DNA from: an uncultured virus (IMG/VR IMGVR_UViG_3300025916_000011)
Lineage: Duplodnaviria > Heunggongvirae > Uroviricota > Caudoviricetes
Virus record (IMG/VR): IMGVR_UViG_3300025916_000011
Direction: 5' to 3' (one strand)
DNA: 64,000 nt
How positions within the stretch are numbered: the first letter of the stretch is position 1; every line of letters begins with the position of its first letter. Made by a program: the position numbers and the translations under genes. The notes below the pieces were generated by a model, which saw only the letters and a program-made list of their open reading frames with translations, did not search any database and was not told the DNA's origin. Positions 19,264-28,526 of this stretch are shown here, in pieces.

Positions 19264-19887
19264 ATGAAGAAACTCTTGATTCCAGTTCTATTGCTTACCA
19301 TTGTCCTCTCCGGATGCTCGACGGCATGGTTGACGACTTTGGATTCCGTTCTCGCTGCGGCGGCACCAGCACTCATTAACATCCTGCAAATTGCAGCACT
19401 TTCGAAGGGACTCACTGCCAGTTCTGCCAGCGCTCAGTTGACGGCCAAGATCAATGCCGACGCCGCGGCGCTCCAGAAATCAGCCAGCGACTTTGCGAGT
19501 GCCTCGGCCGCGGCCGCTCCAGGTGCCTGCGCTCAATTGCAGGCCGCGCTGACGACCTACCAGAGCGATCTGCCGGCAGTTCTGCAGGTGGCCCAGGTGT
19601 CGAATGCGAACACACAGAGCAAGATCGAGACGCTCTCGGCCCTCGTCGTAGGAGTGTTTGGCAGCATTGAACCGCTGATTCCTAACTGCCAGGCGCCGAA
19701 GATGATGAGTCTGGCCGGAGCAACACATTCTGCCCCACCGCTCGAGTTGAAGAACTTCGTGCAGGCTTACAACGCTGTCTTGGTCTCGCCCGTCAATGAC
19801 AAGGCTGTAGACGCGGAGACTTCAAAGATGAAAATCCATCGGCACGGAAAGTTCGCACGCGCCGTAACGCTCGGAGTCTTGCGGTAA
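19264..19887 (+). CDS. Lipoprotein, alpha-helical, possible spanin-like
   Basis: MKKLLIPVLLLTIVLSG|C lipobox. Confidence 0.75.
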   Translation: MKKLLIPVLLLTIVLSGCSTAWLTTLDSVLAAAAPALINILQIAALSKGLTASSASAQLTAKINADAAALQKSASDFASASAAAAPGACAQLQAALTTYQSDLPAVLQVAQVSNANTQSKIETLSALVVGVFGSIEPLIPNCQAPKMMSLAGATHSAPPLELKNFVQAYNAVLVSPVNDKAVDAETSKMKIHRHGKFARAVTLGVLR

Positions 19888-20091
19888 ATGAAACTGTCTC
19901 TGCTCGCGTGCCTTCTTCTCATTGGTTGTGGGAACAGGCATGCGCGCCAGAGCGGAGTCAACTACTTCGTAGGCCAAGAATGCCACACGGAAGCGCTGAT
20001 GAAGGATTGCGATCCCCACACAGAGCCTCCAGTGTGCAAGAAGATTCGATTGACCTTCGACAAAGGCTGCGAACGGGTGAAGGTAAAGTAG
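19888..20091 (+). CDS. Small Cys-rich lipoprotein, o-spanin candidate
   Basis: MKLSLLACLLLIG|C lipobox; four further cysteines. Confidence 0.65.
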   Translation: MKLSLLACLLLIGCGNRHARQSGVNYFVGQECHTEALMKDCDPHTEPPVCKKIRLTFDKGCERVKVK

Positions 20092-20092
20092 C

Positions 20093-20326
20093 GTGCCTGT
20101 CGACCGTTTCGGTTCTCGAGTCCTTACTCCCAAAGAACTCAGCATCATAGCCTTACTCACAGAAGGCATGACGAACAAAGAAATCGCCAAAGACGCAGGG
20201 ACGACCGAGAACATGGTCAAAAACTATCTGCGGGTGATCTTTGACAAGACGGGGATGTTCTCACGCTTGGAACTGGCTCTCTGGAACGTAACACGGGACG
20301 GCTCTACCGGAGCAAAAAGGGCGTGA
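20093..20326 (+). CDS. Stand-alone LuxR/GerE HTH regulator
   Basis: LTPKELSIIALLTEGMTNKEIA...GTTENMVKNYLRVIFDKTGMFSRLELALW. Confidence 0.9.
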   Translation: MPVDRFGSRVLTPKELSIIALLTEGMTNKEIAKDAGTTENMVKNYLRVIFDKTGMFSRLELALWNVTRDGSTGAKRA

Positions 20327-20814
20327 CTCAATTCATGCGAAAACATTTGAACCTACTCTTCAGCTTCCTACATGCAGCCGCGGTCATTTGCGTGATGAGC
20401 GTATTGTCAACAATCAGCTTGTCAGCGCAGGCATCTGTGTCGAGGACGACTCCGAAGGTGGTTCAGCGAAGCGCGGAGTTGAGCACGGACGACTCCCTGC
20501 TACCGACTAATCCCGTGCCGCAGCCAAAGCCTGCGAGCTTCTTTACCTTCCGATCCTCATGGAAGTCCCCTGCGCTCAAGCCGAACAAGAAGTCTTGGGC
20601 GATCTTTGCAGCCGCACATGTCGCGCTGGGAATCACGCTGGCCTACGACATTCATCACACGCACGGAGCCCGCGAAACAGTGGACTCAGAAGTTCCGGCA
20701 GTCCTGGCAGTTAGCGCTCTGGACTTTGCCGCATTCAAGTTTTTCTCGCCGGCGCTTTCAATCGAAGCGCCGATCTACGGCATTCAGCACTATGCGCGGG
20801 ATGCCGCGAAATGA
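20323..20814 (+). CDS. Exported/membrane protein
   Basis: Long hydrophobic N-terminus ending SLSA|Q plus C-terminal hydrophobic helices. Confidence 0.65.
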   Translation: MTQFMRKHLNLLFSFLHAAAVICVMSVLSTISLSAQASVSRTTPKVVQRSAELSTDDSLLPTNPVPQPKPASFFTFRSSWKSPALKPNKKSWAIFAAAHVALGITLAYDIHHTHGARETVDSEVPAVLAVSALDFAAFKFFSPALSIEAPIYGIQHYARDAAK

Positions 20815-20846
20815 CTTTCCCGAACTCTCAACAGGAGAACTCACCA

Positions 20847-22508
20847 ATGAAACGAAAGCTTGCGCTGGTACTTGCGTTACTCGGCGGGCTGGTGGCTGGA
20901 ATCGTCCCAGCGCTGGCTCAAAACCCTAACTACCCCTCGGCTGCTGCAGGGCGCGTGATGGCCTCGGAATACAGCAAGTGGTCTGTCCATGCTTTGAACG
21001 CAGTCGCTGTCGGTTCGGCTCAGATGCTGGTCGACAACTGCTACGTGAGCGTCGGCACGGAGAACCGCAAGGTATTTCCGTTCGCTATCAACGTTCCAGT
21101 CACCATCATCGACGGAGCGAACACTGAGAACGTGACGCCGACCGCGATCTTGGCTCCGACCGTTGCAACTGGTCCTTCCACTGGTCCGAACCCTTTCCAG
21201 TGCGGATTTACTGCAACCTTCGCCAACGCACATACGGCACAGGTCTCAGTAGCTTCAAACGACGGCGGACTGGAAGAAGCGATCAATGACGCGATTGCCC
21301 GAAATATCGGCATCGTGACGCTGGATCCAACTTCACAGATCAGCGCAACCCAGATGGCTGCGGCTCTGGTCTATCCGGCGGTGCAGATTGAGGACTTGCG
21401 CAACCCAGGAGTCACTTACTGGAACGGCGTAGCTTCCGGCACTACCACGTTGCCAGCGCCGACGACCTTGACGGCGGTCACCGCGCTTCCATCGGCAACT
21501 CCGGTGGGCGGGTATGGCACTGGCACCTATCACCTCTGCGTGGCCTATGTGGACATCATGGGGAACGAAGGGCAGTGCTCGGCTGACTTCTCTGAGGCTG
21601 GCTTGGCTACCGGATCATTCATCTTTACGCCTCCAGCGGCTTCGGCGGGTGCGGTGGGATACGAAATCTATATCTCTCTGACGTCTGGTACCTATGCCTT
21701 GGCATACCGCGTTCCGCTCACTTCGTCCATCTGCACGCTGACGACTCTCGAAAAGACGATCGCAGCTTGCGCGGTGGCGAATACGCTCTACGGACAAAAC
21801 GGCGCGACCGCGACGGTAACGGCCATCACAGTCAACACCGCGCGCCTTGCGGTAGGACTTGGTGGCACTTCAACCACTGCGGATTATGTCGGCAACTCGG
21901 CTTCGCGCACGACCTACATCTATGCCCCGAGCACCCACCCCGCAATCCCTGGGCTGCAGTCAACCTACACCGCGTTTGCAGGCGCTACCGCTCCGGCTAC
22001 CACCGTACCGGCAGTGCTTGGGACAGTTCAATTGCCTGCGGGCTTTATGAACTACGTGGGCCGGACGATTCGCCTCTGCGGATTGTTCACGGAAGCCTCT
22101 GCCGGCAGCACTTCAACCGTAACTGAAGTCGAATTTCTCTGGGATGCGGACGGGTCCAATACCACTGGTGCCGGTGTGATCATTCACGGCCCAAGGACGA
22201 CATCGACCTTGCCGGGTTCGGCGGCGGACCAATGGTATTTCTGCCAAAACCTGAAAACCACGGTGTCTGGTGCTGGCGTAACGGCTGGTTCGATTCAGGC
22301 AGGTGCAGGCTTCCTGTCGGAAACGTCTGGCGCGAACGGTACGGCAACGGCTGTGGGATGGGGTAACGCTCCTACGGTGGGTGCCGCTGCGGTGGGCTCG
22401 CTGAACCTGGCGGGTGAGGCACGTATCGACATTACCTACCTGCACACCACTGGCACTGACGGTGCGGCTCCAACCCTCACCGATCTGACGCTGGAGGTTT
22501 TGAACTAA
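20847..22508 (+). CDS. 553-aa beta-rich structural-type protein with Sec signal peptide
   Basis: ACAGGAG SD; MKRKLALVLALLGGLVAGIVPALA|Q; eight cysteines in four neighbouring pairs; followed by a terminator. Confidence 0.75.
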   Translation: MKRKLALVLALLGGLVAGIVPALAQNPNYPSAAAGRVMASEYSKWSVHALNAVAVGSAQMLVDNCYVSVGTENRKVFPFAINVPVTIIDGANTENVTPTAILAPTVATGPSTGPNPFQCGFTATFANAHTAQVSVASNDGGLEEAINDAIARNIGIVTLDPTSQISATQMAAALVYPAVQIEDLRNPGVTYWNGVASGTTTLPAPTTLTAVTALPSATPVGGYGTGTYHLCVAYVDIMGNEGQCSADFSEAGLATGSFIFTPPAASAGAVGYEIYISLTSGTYALAYRVPLTSSICTLTTLEKTIAACAVANTLYGQNGATATVTAITVNTARLAVGLGGTSTTADYVGNSASRTTYIYAPSTHPAIPGLQSTYTAFAGATAPATTVPAVLGTVQLPAGFMNYVGRTIRLCGLFTEASAGSTSTVTEVEFLWDADGSNTTGAGVIIHGPRTTSTLPGSAADQWYFCQNLKTTVSGAGVTAGSIQAGAGFLSETSGANGTATAVGWGNAPTVGAAAVGSLNLAGEARIDITYLHTTGTDGAAPTLTDLTLEVLN

Positions 22509-22529
22509 CCGGTTCAATCTCTTCCGATG

Positions 22530-22561
22530 AAGGGCGCTCAGAAATGGGCGCCCTTTGTTTT
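22530..22561 (+). terminator. Rho-independent terminator
   Basis: AAGGGCGCTCA-GAAA-TGGGCGCCCTT then TGTTTT. Confidence 0.85.
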
Positions 22562-22570
22562 GGAGCAAAC

Positions 22571-22762
22571 ATGGCCGACAGAAATCACTGGATGCAAAAA
22601 GCCCGAGATCGAATGAAGAAGAAAGGCACGACGGGTCTGTTCGGGAAGAAGGCGGCCGCTGCTGGCGAAAGCACTCGAGAGTATGCGCTCGACAAGTACT
22701 CCGCGTCTGGCGCGCTCGGGAAAGAAGCTAGATTCGCGGCCAATTCGCAGGGGTGGAAGTAG
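22571..22762 (+). CDS. Small basic phage protein
   Basis: GGAG SD; Lys/Ala-rich. Confidence 0.7.
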   Translation: MADRNHWMQKARDRMKKKGTTGLFGKKAAAAGESTREYALDKYSASGALGKEARFAANSQGWK

Positions 22763-22948
22763 ATGCCGTGGGACCAGGTTCTCCACAAGTGGAAGGCTGG
22801 AACGCTCAAGAGTGGATCGGGCGAACCAGTTAAGGATCAGAAACAGGCAGTCGCCATCATGCTTTCCGAGAAAAAGAAGGCCGCCGAAGGCAATTCAGAG
22901 TACGCCGCTCACCCGATGCGGAAATCACTCGGCAGAGGAAAAGGATAA
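22763..22948 (+). CDS. DUF6496-like small basic protein
   Basis: VLHKWKAGTLKSGSGEPVKDQKQAVAIMLSE. Confidence 0.75.
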   Translation: MPWDQVLHKWKAGTLKSGSGEPVKDQKQAVAIMLSEKKKAAEGNSEYAAHPMRKSLGRGKG

Positions 22949-22954
22949 CCAGCT

Positions 22955-23341
22955 ATGGCAACCGGGATTAAGCAGTCTCCGATTCGTCGAGTCATTGCAA
23001 TCAATGGGAGCGGTGGCGCCGCAGTCATCATCAAGAGCACAACCTTCGCGCGCTACGTCGAGATTCAGGAGTGCCCACCGACCAACTTCGACAACAACGC
23101 GAATCCCTTTGCTCCACAGGGCTTGCTCTACCAATTGCCCGCCGATGGGAATACCGCAAGCTTCGGCCTGTTGCCTGGGGTGGTATGGAGCCTTGGGGAC
23201 CAGAACTATCCCATGACTCGGCCAGTGGGATCTCCAACGTGGACCGATCCAGCAGGGCAAGCAGCCGGCGGGACAGAGTACATGCAAGTCAAAAGTGCTA
23301 CTGCCACGGCAACACAAGTTGAAGTCCGAGAGTATCTCTAA
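22955..23341 (+). CDS. Small beta-rich putative virion protein without signal peptide
   Basis: AAGGA SD; TAATG-coupled to the secreted fibre gene. Confidence 0.7.
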   Translation: MATGIKQSPIRRVIAINGSGGAAVIIKSTTFARYVEIQECPPTNFDNNANPFAPQGLLYQLPADGNTASFGLLPGVVWSLGDQNYPMTRPVGSPTWTDPAGQAAGGTEYMQVKSATATATQVEVREYL

Positions 23342-25149
23342 TGAGAAAACTAACTCTTCTCGCCGTGATATTTCTGTGCGGCCTAGCCTACGCCCAAAAA
23401 GGCTCAACCATCATTCAGGCGCAGAATGCCGGCACCACGGTCTATACCGGCAGCGGCTACGTCAAGATCAACTGGACGGGCGGAGGCTGTACGGCATCGA
23501 ACGTCTCAGGAACGCTGACCGTCAACTGTAGTGGTGGTGGTGGAACAGGCACGGTATCCGCCAACAACGGGAACGCCAATGCAGTCGCCAAATATTCGGC
23601 AGCAGCAGGCAGTACCACAGTCGGCCCAGATGCCACGCTGACCGATGACGGCACGACGCTCACGTATTCCGGGGGAAGCGGACTGGCAACTACGCTCGCA
23701 GGCTCGACAGGCTATCTGTGGAATAACAATGCAGCGCCAAGCGGGAACCTCTTAATAGTGAATGGGGCAAACACTTCCATCTTCACGACTACGACCGGAG
23801 TCAACCAGTTCTTTGCATGGAAGAACACGACCGCGGCACTCGTCGGCGCCTCACAGTCAAGTCCGATCATTTCCTTCTGCGGAACAGAATTTCACGCGGC
23901 GGCCTCAGTTGAAGGTTGCGGAGCATTTCAGTTTGTTCCGGGTACGGGTACAGATGCAGCCTCGACACTAGCTTTTACGCACTCGGGAACAGCGACGGGC
24001 GCAGTAACTACGACTTTCCCCGGTCCCATTTCAGCAGGTGCATCGGGCGGCGTGGGCGGAACCCTGACTCTTCCAGAAGGTACGGCTCCGTCAGCCTCGG
24101 CAGGAAACGACGTGTGCTATGCGGACTCGACGGCCCACGGCATCAAGTGCGCCTATAACAACGGAGCATTTTTCGCTATCACCTCTCCGACTGAAAACAA
24201 TCTCTTAGGTGCTACAGCGGCAGGGACGATTACCGAAGGAGGAGCGGGATTCTCTGTTACTCGCGCAGGTGTTGCGACAGCGAACCTGACCGCACCTTGG
24301 GTAATCCAGAACACTAACTCGACCAACAACAACACTTCAATCACTCTCGGTGTGACGGCACCGGGAACCTCTACCGGGCAGACAGTTCTGAATGTCAACG
24401 GAGCTTCGACGGGCGGAGATCTTCAGGATTGGGGAACAGGCGGAACTTGGACAGCAGGTGTTCTCTCAGGGCAAACGATTGTTGCCAGTGTGCTTCCTAC
24501 AGGCGGAGTCGTCTCTAAAGGCACCACGGCAGGATTCGTAGACTTTCCGCAAGGCACGACAAGCGCAGCGGTAGCGCCCTGCAACGCGGCTACGAGTATT
24601 TGCGAACAGGCTCCGACCTCGGTTACGTCGTATCTGGTCACAAAGCCGGGTGCGGGGTCGCCTGGACTTCTCGCAGGAACAGGCACTACTACGCGAACGG
24701 AGAATTATACAGGCGGCGCGGCGTTCCATCTTGGCCCTATCACAATTGGCTCGGGTTCCTCGATTTCTTCAACGTTGCTCTGCTCTACGACCAACTGCCC
24801 AGCGGGAGATTACGACGTTGCGGCTTACGTGGAAATCACCACGCAATGCACCACGACGGGAAGCTATATCGTCTGGCTCGGTTGGACCGATGACGGATCG
24901 GCTAAGACTGGATCATCGACTACGACGTTCTTCCCCTTTCCTTTGAACGGAAGCGGCGTACCAACGACCGTAGGCACCATCGTTCCGGCAGCGGTTGGAA
25001 ACTACGCGCAGGCTCACATCTTCCTGCATACCACTGGCGCAGCGACAAACGCGCAAGGCGCAATCAACTATGGGAGTACAGCAGGGGCCTGCGGCACTGG
25101 TGGGCCGATGGTAGGGAAGATGTTCCTTACAGTGACGCCGTTATCATGA
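23341..25149 (+). CDS. 602-aa fibre-like protein with Sec signal peptide
   Basis: MRKLTLLAVIFLCGLAYA|Q; GGGGTGTVS..NAVAKYS..TTVG fibre module shared with the 8931 protein; cysteine pairs. Confidence 0.75.
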   Translation: MRKLTLLAVIFLCGLAYAQKGSTIIQAQNAGTTVYTGSGYVKINWTGGGCTASNVSGTLTVNCSGGGGTGTVSANNGNANAVAKYSAAAGSTTVGPDATLTDDGTTLTYSGGSGLATTLAGSTGYLWNNNAAPSGNLLIVNGANTSIFTTTTGVNQFFAWKNTTAALVGASQSSPIISFCGTEFHAAASVEGCGAFQFVPGTGTDAASTLAFTHSGTATGAVTTTFPGPISAGASGGVGGTLTLPEGTAPSASAGNDVCYADSTAHGIKCAYNNGAFFAITSPTENNLLGATAAGTITEGGAGFSVTRAGVATANLTAPWVIQNTNSTNNNTSITLGVTAPGTSTGQTVLNVNGASTGGDLQDWGTGGTWTAGVLSGQTIVASVLPTGGVVSKGTTAGFVDFPQGTTSAAVAPCNAATSICEQAPTSVTSYLVTKPGAGSPGLLAGTGTTTRTENYTGGAAFHLGPITIGSGSSISSTLLCSTTNCPAGDYDVAAYVEITTQCTTTGSYIVWLGWTDDGSAKTGSSTTTFFPFPLNGSGVPTTVGTIVPAAVGNYAQAHIFLHTTGAATNAQGAINYGSTAGACGTGGPMVGKMFLTVTPLS

Positions 25150-25922
25150 GAAAACTTCTCATACTACCTCTTCTTTGCGCGCTCGCTTGGTCCCAAGGGA
25201 TCGGCGGGAAGGCTGGCATTGGAGGAAAGGCTGGAATTGGCGGTGGTTTATCATCGCACCCGCCTATCGCCCCAACACTCGTCGGCAGTTGCTCGCAGGC
25301 AGTTTGCAATTTTGCCTCGCCTTACTCCATCTCTTTTACGGGCACGGTCCCGGTCGGAGATACGCTCCTCGTCTTGGTTGGCGGAAATAACGCAACCGCG
25401 CAGACTCCCACGATTACGGATACTGCCGGGGGAAACACCTACACCGTCCGCTCCAGTCAAAGTGCCAGCAACATAGGGATTTTCGCTCTCGATTCCACCT
25501 TGGCAACACAAGTAACTGCGGCTAACCACATCACCCTGACCATGCCGCAGGATGGGGCGTGGAACGTCTACATCTACGACATCGCTAACGCAGCGCTGTC
25601 GAATCCGCTCGATACACAGGTCTCCAACATTGACGCGGGCGCGAGCTCAACAGCGACTTCAAGCAGTTTGACCCCCGGCGTTCAGCCAGTGGGTGCGTTC
25701 GCGGCTTTTTGTACTAACCAATCTGGAGGCGGAAACTTTAGTGCCTACGGAAACATCATGGGATCGGCAGCTACTGGACTTAATAACCAGACCGGAGCGT
25801 CGAGAATTCTTGCTGTGGAATGGCTGAGGTTGACCTCGACTTCGGCGGGGACAGCGACATTGGCATTAACAGCAAGCGGCGATACTACGGGCATTGTGTT
25901 CCTGACTTACAAGGAACGATGA
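25146..25922 (+). CDS. 258-aa beta-sandwich protein with Sec signal peptide
   Basis: MRKLLILPLLCALAWS|Q then GIGGKA repeats; GDTLLVLVG...ITDTAGGNTYT fibre-tip-like domain. Confidence 0.75.
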   Translation: MRKLLILPLLCALAWSQGIGGKAGIGGKAGIGGGLSSHPPIAPTLVGSCSQAVCNFASPYSISFTGTVPVGDTLLVLVGGNNATAQTPTITDTAGGNTYTVRSSQSASNIGIFALDSTLATQVTAANHITLTMPQDGAWNVYIYDIANAALSNPLDTQVSNIDAGASSTATSSSLTPGVQPVGAFAAFCTNQSGGGNFSAYGNIMGSAATGLNNQTGASRILAVEWLRLTSTSAGTATLALTASGDTTGIVFLTYKER

Positions 25923-27871
25923 GACTTAAACTTGCAATCTTCGTGCTACTCGTCTCTGCTTCGGCGTGGGGCACGACATACTTTGTCGATCCGCAGAATA
26001 CTCTCGGCACTTCTGCGGACACGAACAATGGAACGGCGAAGGCTACAGCGTGGATTCACGCCCCCGGTATGACGGGATGTGCCAGCACTTGCAACTCGAC
26101 TGTCTTAGCTGCTGGCGACAGCGTTATCGTGCGCGGCGGCACCACGATTCCCAAAGCATATCTTCCGTGGACACTGCCAGCGCGTAATGGCAGCGCAGGA
26201 AACGTGATTTATTACGGCGTAGATTTGACGTGGTTTGTCGGCGGTTCATTTACGCGGCCGATCATCAGCGGCGGAAATCCTTTGAGTACCAGTTTCGTCG
26301 CTAGTTGCACGGGCGGGGCGAATAGCGGGACCCAGGTGCAGATGGCTTCCACGCTGGCCTTTATCACCTTCGACAATTTTGAGTTCTCAGGATTCTGCTG
26401 GACGGGCAACGTCTCCTCGAACGGAGCGATGCTCAACATCGACGGTGGCGCATCGAACATCATCATCTCGAATAATTACTTCCACGGCTGGACGATGACC
26501 AGCGGAGCCTCCGACAACTTTCCTTCCATCACCGCATTTGGAGCGGGATCAGATACGAACCAGTTCACCCTTAATGTCTTTGATGGCGTGGACTCTCCGC
26601 ATTTCGCGGCAGGGGATACAACCAACTGCCAATGGGCCTCGAACAACGCGGTCAGTTGCTACTCAGGGCAGGGCATGAATGGAAGCCACTTCTACGATGT
26701 AAATAAGAACGTCTTTCGCTACCTATCGAACGCCGTGGTGACGGCAAACTGTCATTCCTACCATGACAACCTGTTCGAGTTCATCGGTCACACGTTCGCA
26801 TCAGGATCGTTGCAGCAGCATCCGAACGTGATGAACTGCCTCGGAGGGGCATCGAGCGAGAATCTCTACTGGTACAACAACACGATGCGGCACACATTCA
26901 TGGAGGAAGACGTTTACTTCGCCGTCCGAACGAACCTCTATGTCTTCAACAACGTGATGTACGACAACATGAACTCCGATTTCGGGCCGCTGCCGAGTGC
27001 TTGCATGAGGTTCAACACCGTCTCGAATAGCACGCTTCCAGCCCATGCCTTCGTCTACAACAACACGGACGGAGACAACACTTGCCAGATAAAGTTTGAA
27101 GTGGCGAACGCTCCTTTAACGCAATGGAGCGGCACAGGGACATTCGAGAACAATCACTACGGGGCGCAAGGGTCGAACTGTACGGGAGCGTGCGGAGCGC
27201 AATGGACTGCTGAGTTTTCCTGTGCTACGGCTGGAACCTGTACTACAACAAACAATGGCTCACACGTCTTCCAGACGACCGCGACGGAAACCGCGCAGGG
27301 TTATACCTCGTCCAACATGTACCAGCCTACGACAGGCGGCACAACTATTGGGGCAGGAACGAATGCCTCGGCTTCCTGCGCGACGTTCTCGACGGACTCG
27401 GCTCTGTGCAGCGGCAGCAGCGCGGGCGTTAAAGAAAGTAGCGCTAACGGAGGAAATGTCGCTACCTATCCGGCAGTCGCAACGATTGCGCGTAGTTCTA
27501 CTTGGGATGCGGGGGCATTTCAGTTTCAAACTGCTGCGCTATCACCCTCTTGCTCCCCCGGTTCAGGATCTTCTTCTACGACCATCACCGTAACCTGCAC
27601 CAATCCGAACGGTGGCACAACGGTGATGTGCTACACGACGAATGGCTCACTGCCAGTCACGAATGGTGCGGGGACAGCCTGCACAACGGGCAGCATCGTG
27701 ACGACGACCATTTCCATCGCTTCGAGTACGACCACATTGGAAGTAGTCGCGGGGACTAGTCTTCTGCCGGACAGCCCAGCCAGTGTCTATGGGGCATATG
27801 TGATTTCCTCGACAGCTAACAGTGCAATGTCTGGTGGAGTAATCCTGTCGAATGGGGCGAAATTTCAATGA
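25919..27871 (+). CDS. 650-aa secreted beta-helix (polysaccharide-lyase-like) protein with C-terminal Fn3-associated/CHB_HEX_C-like domain
   Basis: MRLKLAIFVLLVSASAWG|TTYFVD...DTNNGT...AW; LAAGDSVIVRGG; WDAGAFQF; CYTTNGSLP; ATGA start. Confidence 0.75.
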   Translation: MRLKLAIFVLLVSASAWGTTYFVDPQNTLGTSADTNNGTAKATAWIHAPGMTGCASTCNSTVLAAGDSVIVRGGTTIPKAYLPWTLPARNGSAGNVIYYGVDLTWFVGGSFTRPIISGGNPLSTSFVASCTGGANSGTQVQMASTLAFITFDNFEFSGFCWTGNVSSNGAMLNIDGGASNIIISNNYFHGWTMTSGASDNFPSITAFGAGSDTNQFTLNVFDGVDSPHFAAGDTTNCQWASNNAVSCYSGQGMNGSHFYDVNKNVFRYLSNAVVTANCHSYHDNLFEFIGHTFASGSLQQHPNVMNCLGGASSENLYWYNNTMRHTFMEEDVYFAVRTNLYVFNNVMYDNMNSDFGPLPSACMRFNTVSNSTLPAHAFVYNNTDGDNTCQIKFEVANAPLTQWSGTGTFENNHYGAQGSNCTGACGAQWTAEFSCATAGTCTTTNNGSHVFQTTATETAQGYTSSNMYQPTTGGTTIGAGTNASASCATFSTDSALCSGSSAGVKESSANGGNVATYPAVATIARSSTWDAGAFQFQTAALSPSCSPGSGSSSTTITVTCTNPNGGTTVMCYTTNGSLPVTNGAGTACTTGSIVTTTISIASSTTTLEVVAGTSLLPDSPASVYGAYVISSTANSAMSGGVILSNGAKFQ

Positions 27872-28227
27872 GATTCCCTTTCGTAGCTCGCTCCACCTAC
27901 GACGAAGTAAAGCAGCAGCGTGACGACTTCAAGGTGAAGTACGAACGCCTGTTGAACCAGTTCGTCTATCGCGGCACGGGCGTAGCGCTCGATCCAGACG
28001 AACTCCCGAAGGCCCTGCGGCCGAGGCGCGAAGCAGAGCCACAGCATCACCTGATGGATGCAAAGCCAGAACCGGCGCAATTTGTGGACCCCAGAACTGC
28101 ATTGAAACGTGCGGAAGAAGCGCGCGAGAAAGCTTACGCGGAATCCCTTGGGAAGATTCCAGCAGCAGCCAGCACTATCGAAGTGCAAGAGCGAGACAAC
28201 GTGCGGGACATTTCGAAGGGAGCCTAG
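27868..28227 (+). CDS. Hypothetical protein
   Basis: ATGA overlap. Confidence 0.7.
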   Translation: MRFPFVARSTYDEVKQQRDDFKVKYERLLNQFVYRGTGVALDPDELPKALRPRREAEPQHHLMDAKPEPAQFVDPRTALKRAEEAREKAYAESLGKIPAAASTIEVQERDNVRDISKGA

Positions 28228-28230
28228 CCA

Positions 28231-28524
28231 ATGGCAAAGAAAAAGCTTCACATTCATGCGGAATCGTCCGACAACGGCGGCTACACCGTGAAGTCGCACA
28301 AGTCGAAGCCGATGGGCATGCACGGCGGAATGATGCCTTCGGACCATGACGGCGACGAGTCAACCGACCACACCTTCGGTAGTCACAAACAAGCCAGCGA
28401 TCATATTGCGCAACTAATGGCGGCTCACGCCGGAGGAGATTCATCTCCTGCACCTTCTGACAACGATGGGGACGAGTACGCTTCCCATCCCATGAAATCG
28501 CACTTTGGACCCCGTAAACGATAA
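28231..28524 (+). CDS. His/Asp-rich small protein upstream of portal
   Basis: AAGGGAG SD; composition. Confidence 0.7.
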   Translation: MAKKKLHIHAESSDNGGYTVKSHKSKPMGMHGGMMPSDHDGDESTDHTFGSHKQASDHIAQLMAAHAGGDSSPAPSDNDGDEYASHPMKSHFGPRKR

Positions 28525-28526
28525 CT

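Noticed and set aside
8931..27871. Host genomic island of adhesins flanking a prophage
   Set aside because: The genes are interleaved and translationally coupled with lysis, portal and tail genes, with no att boundary or secretion apparatus
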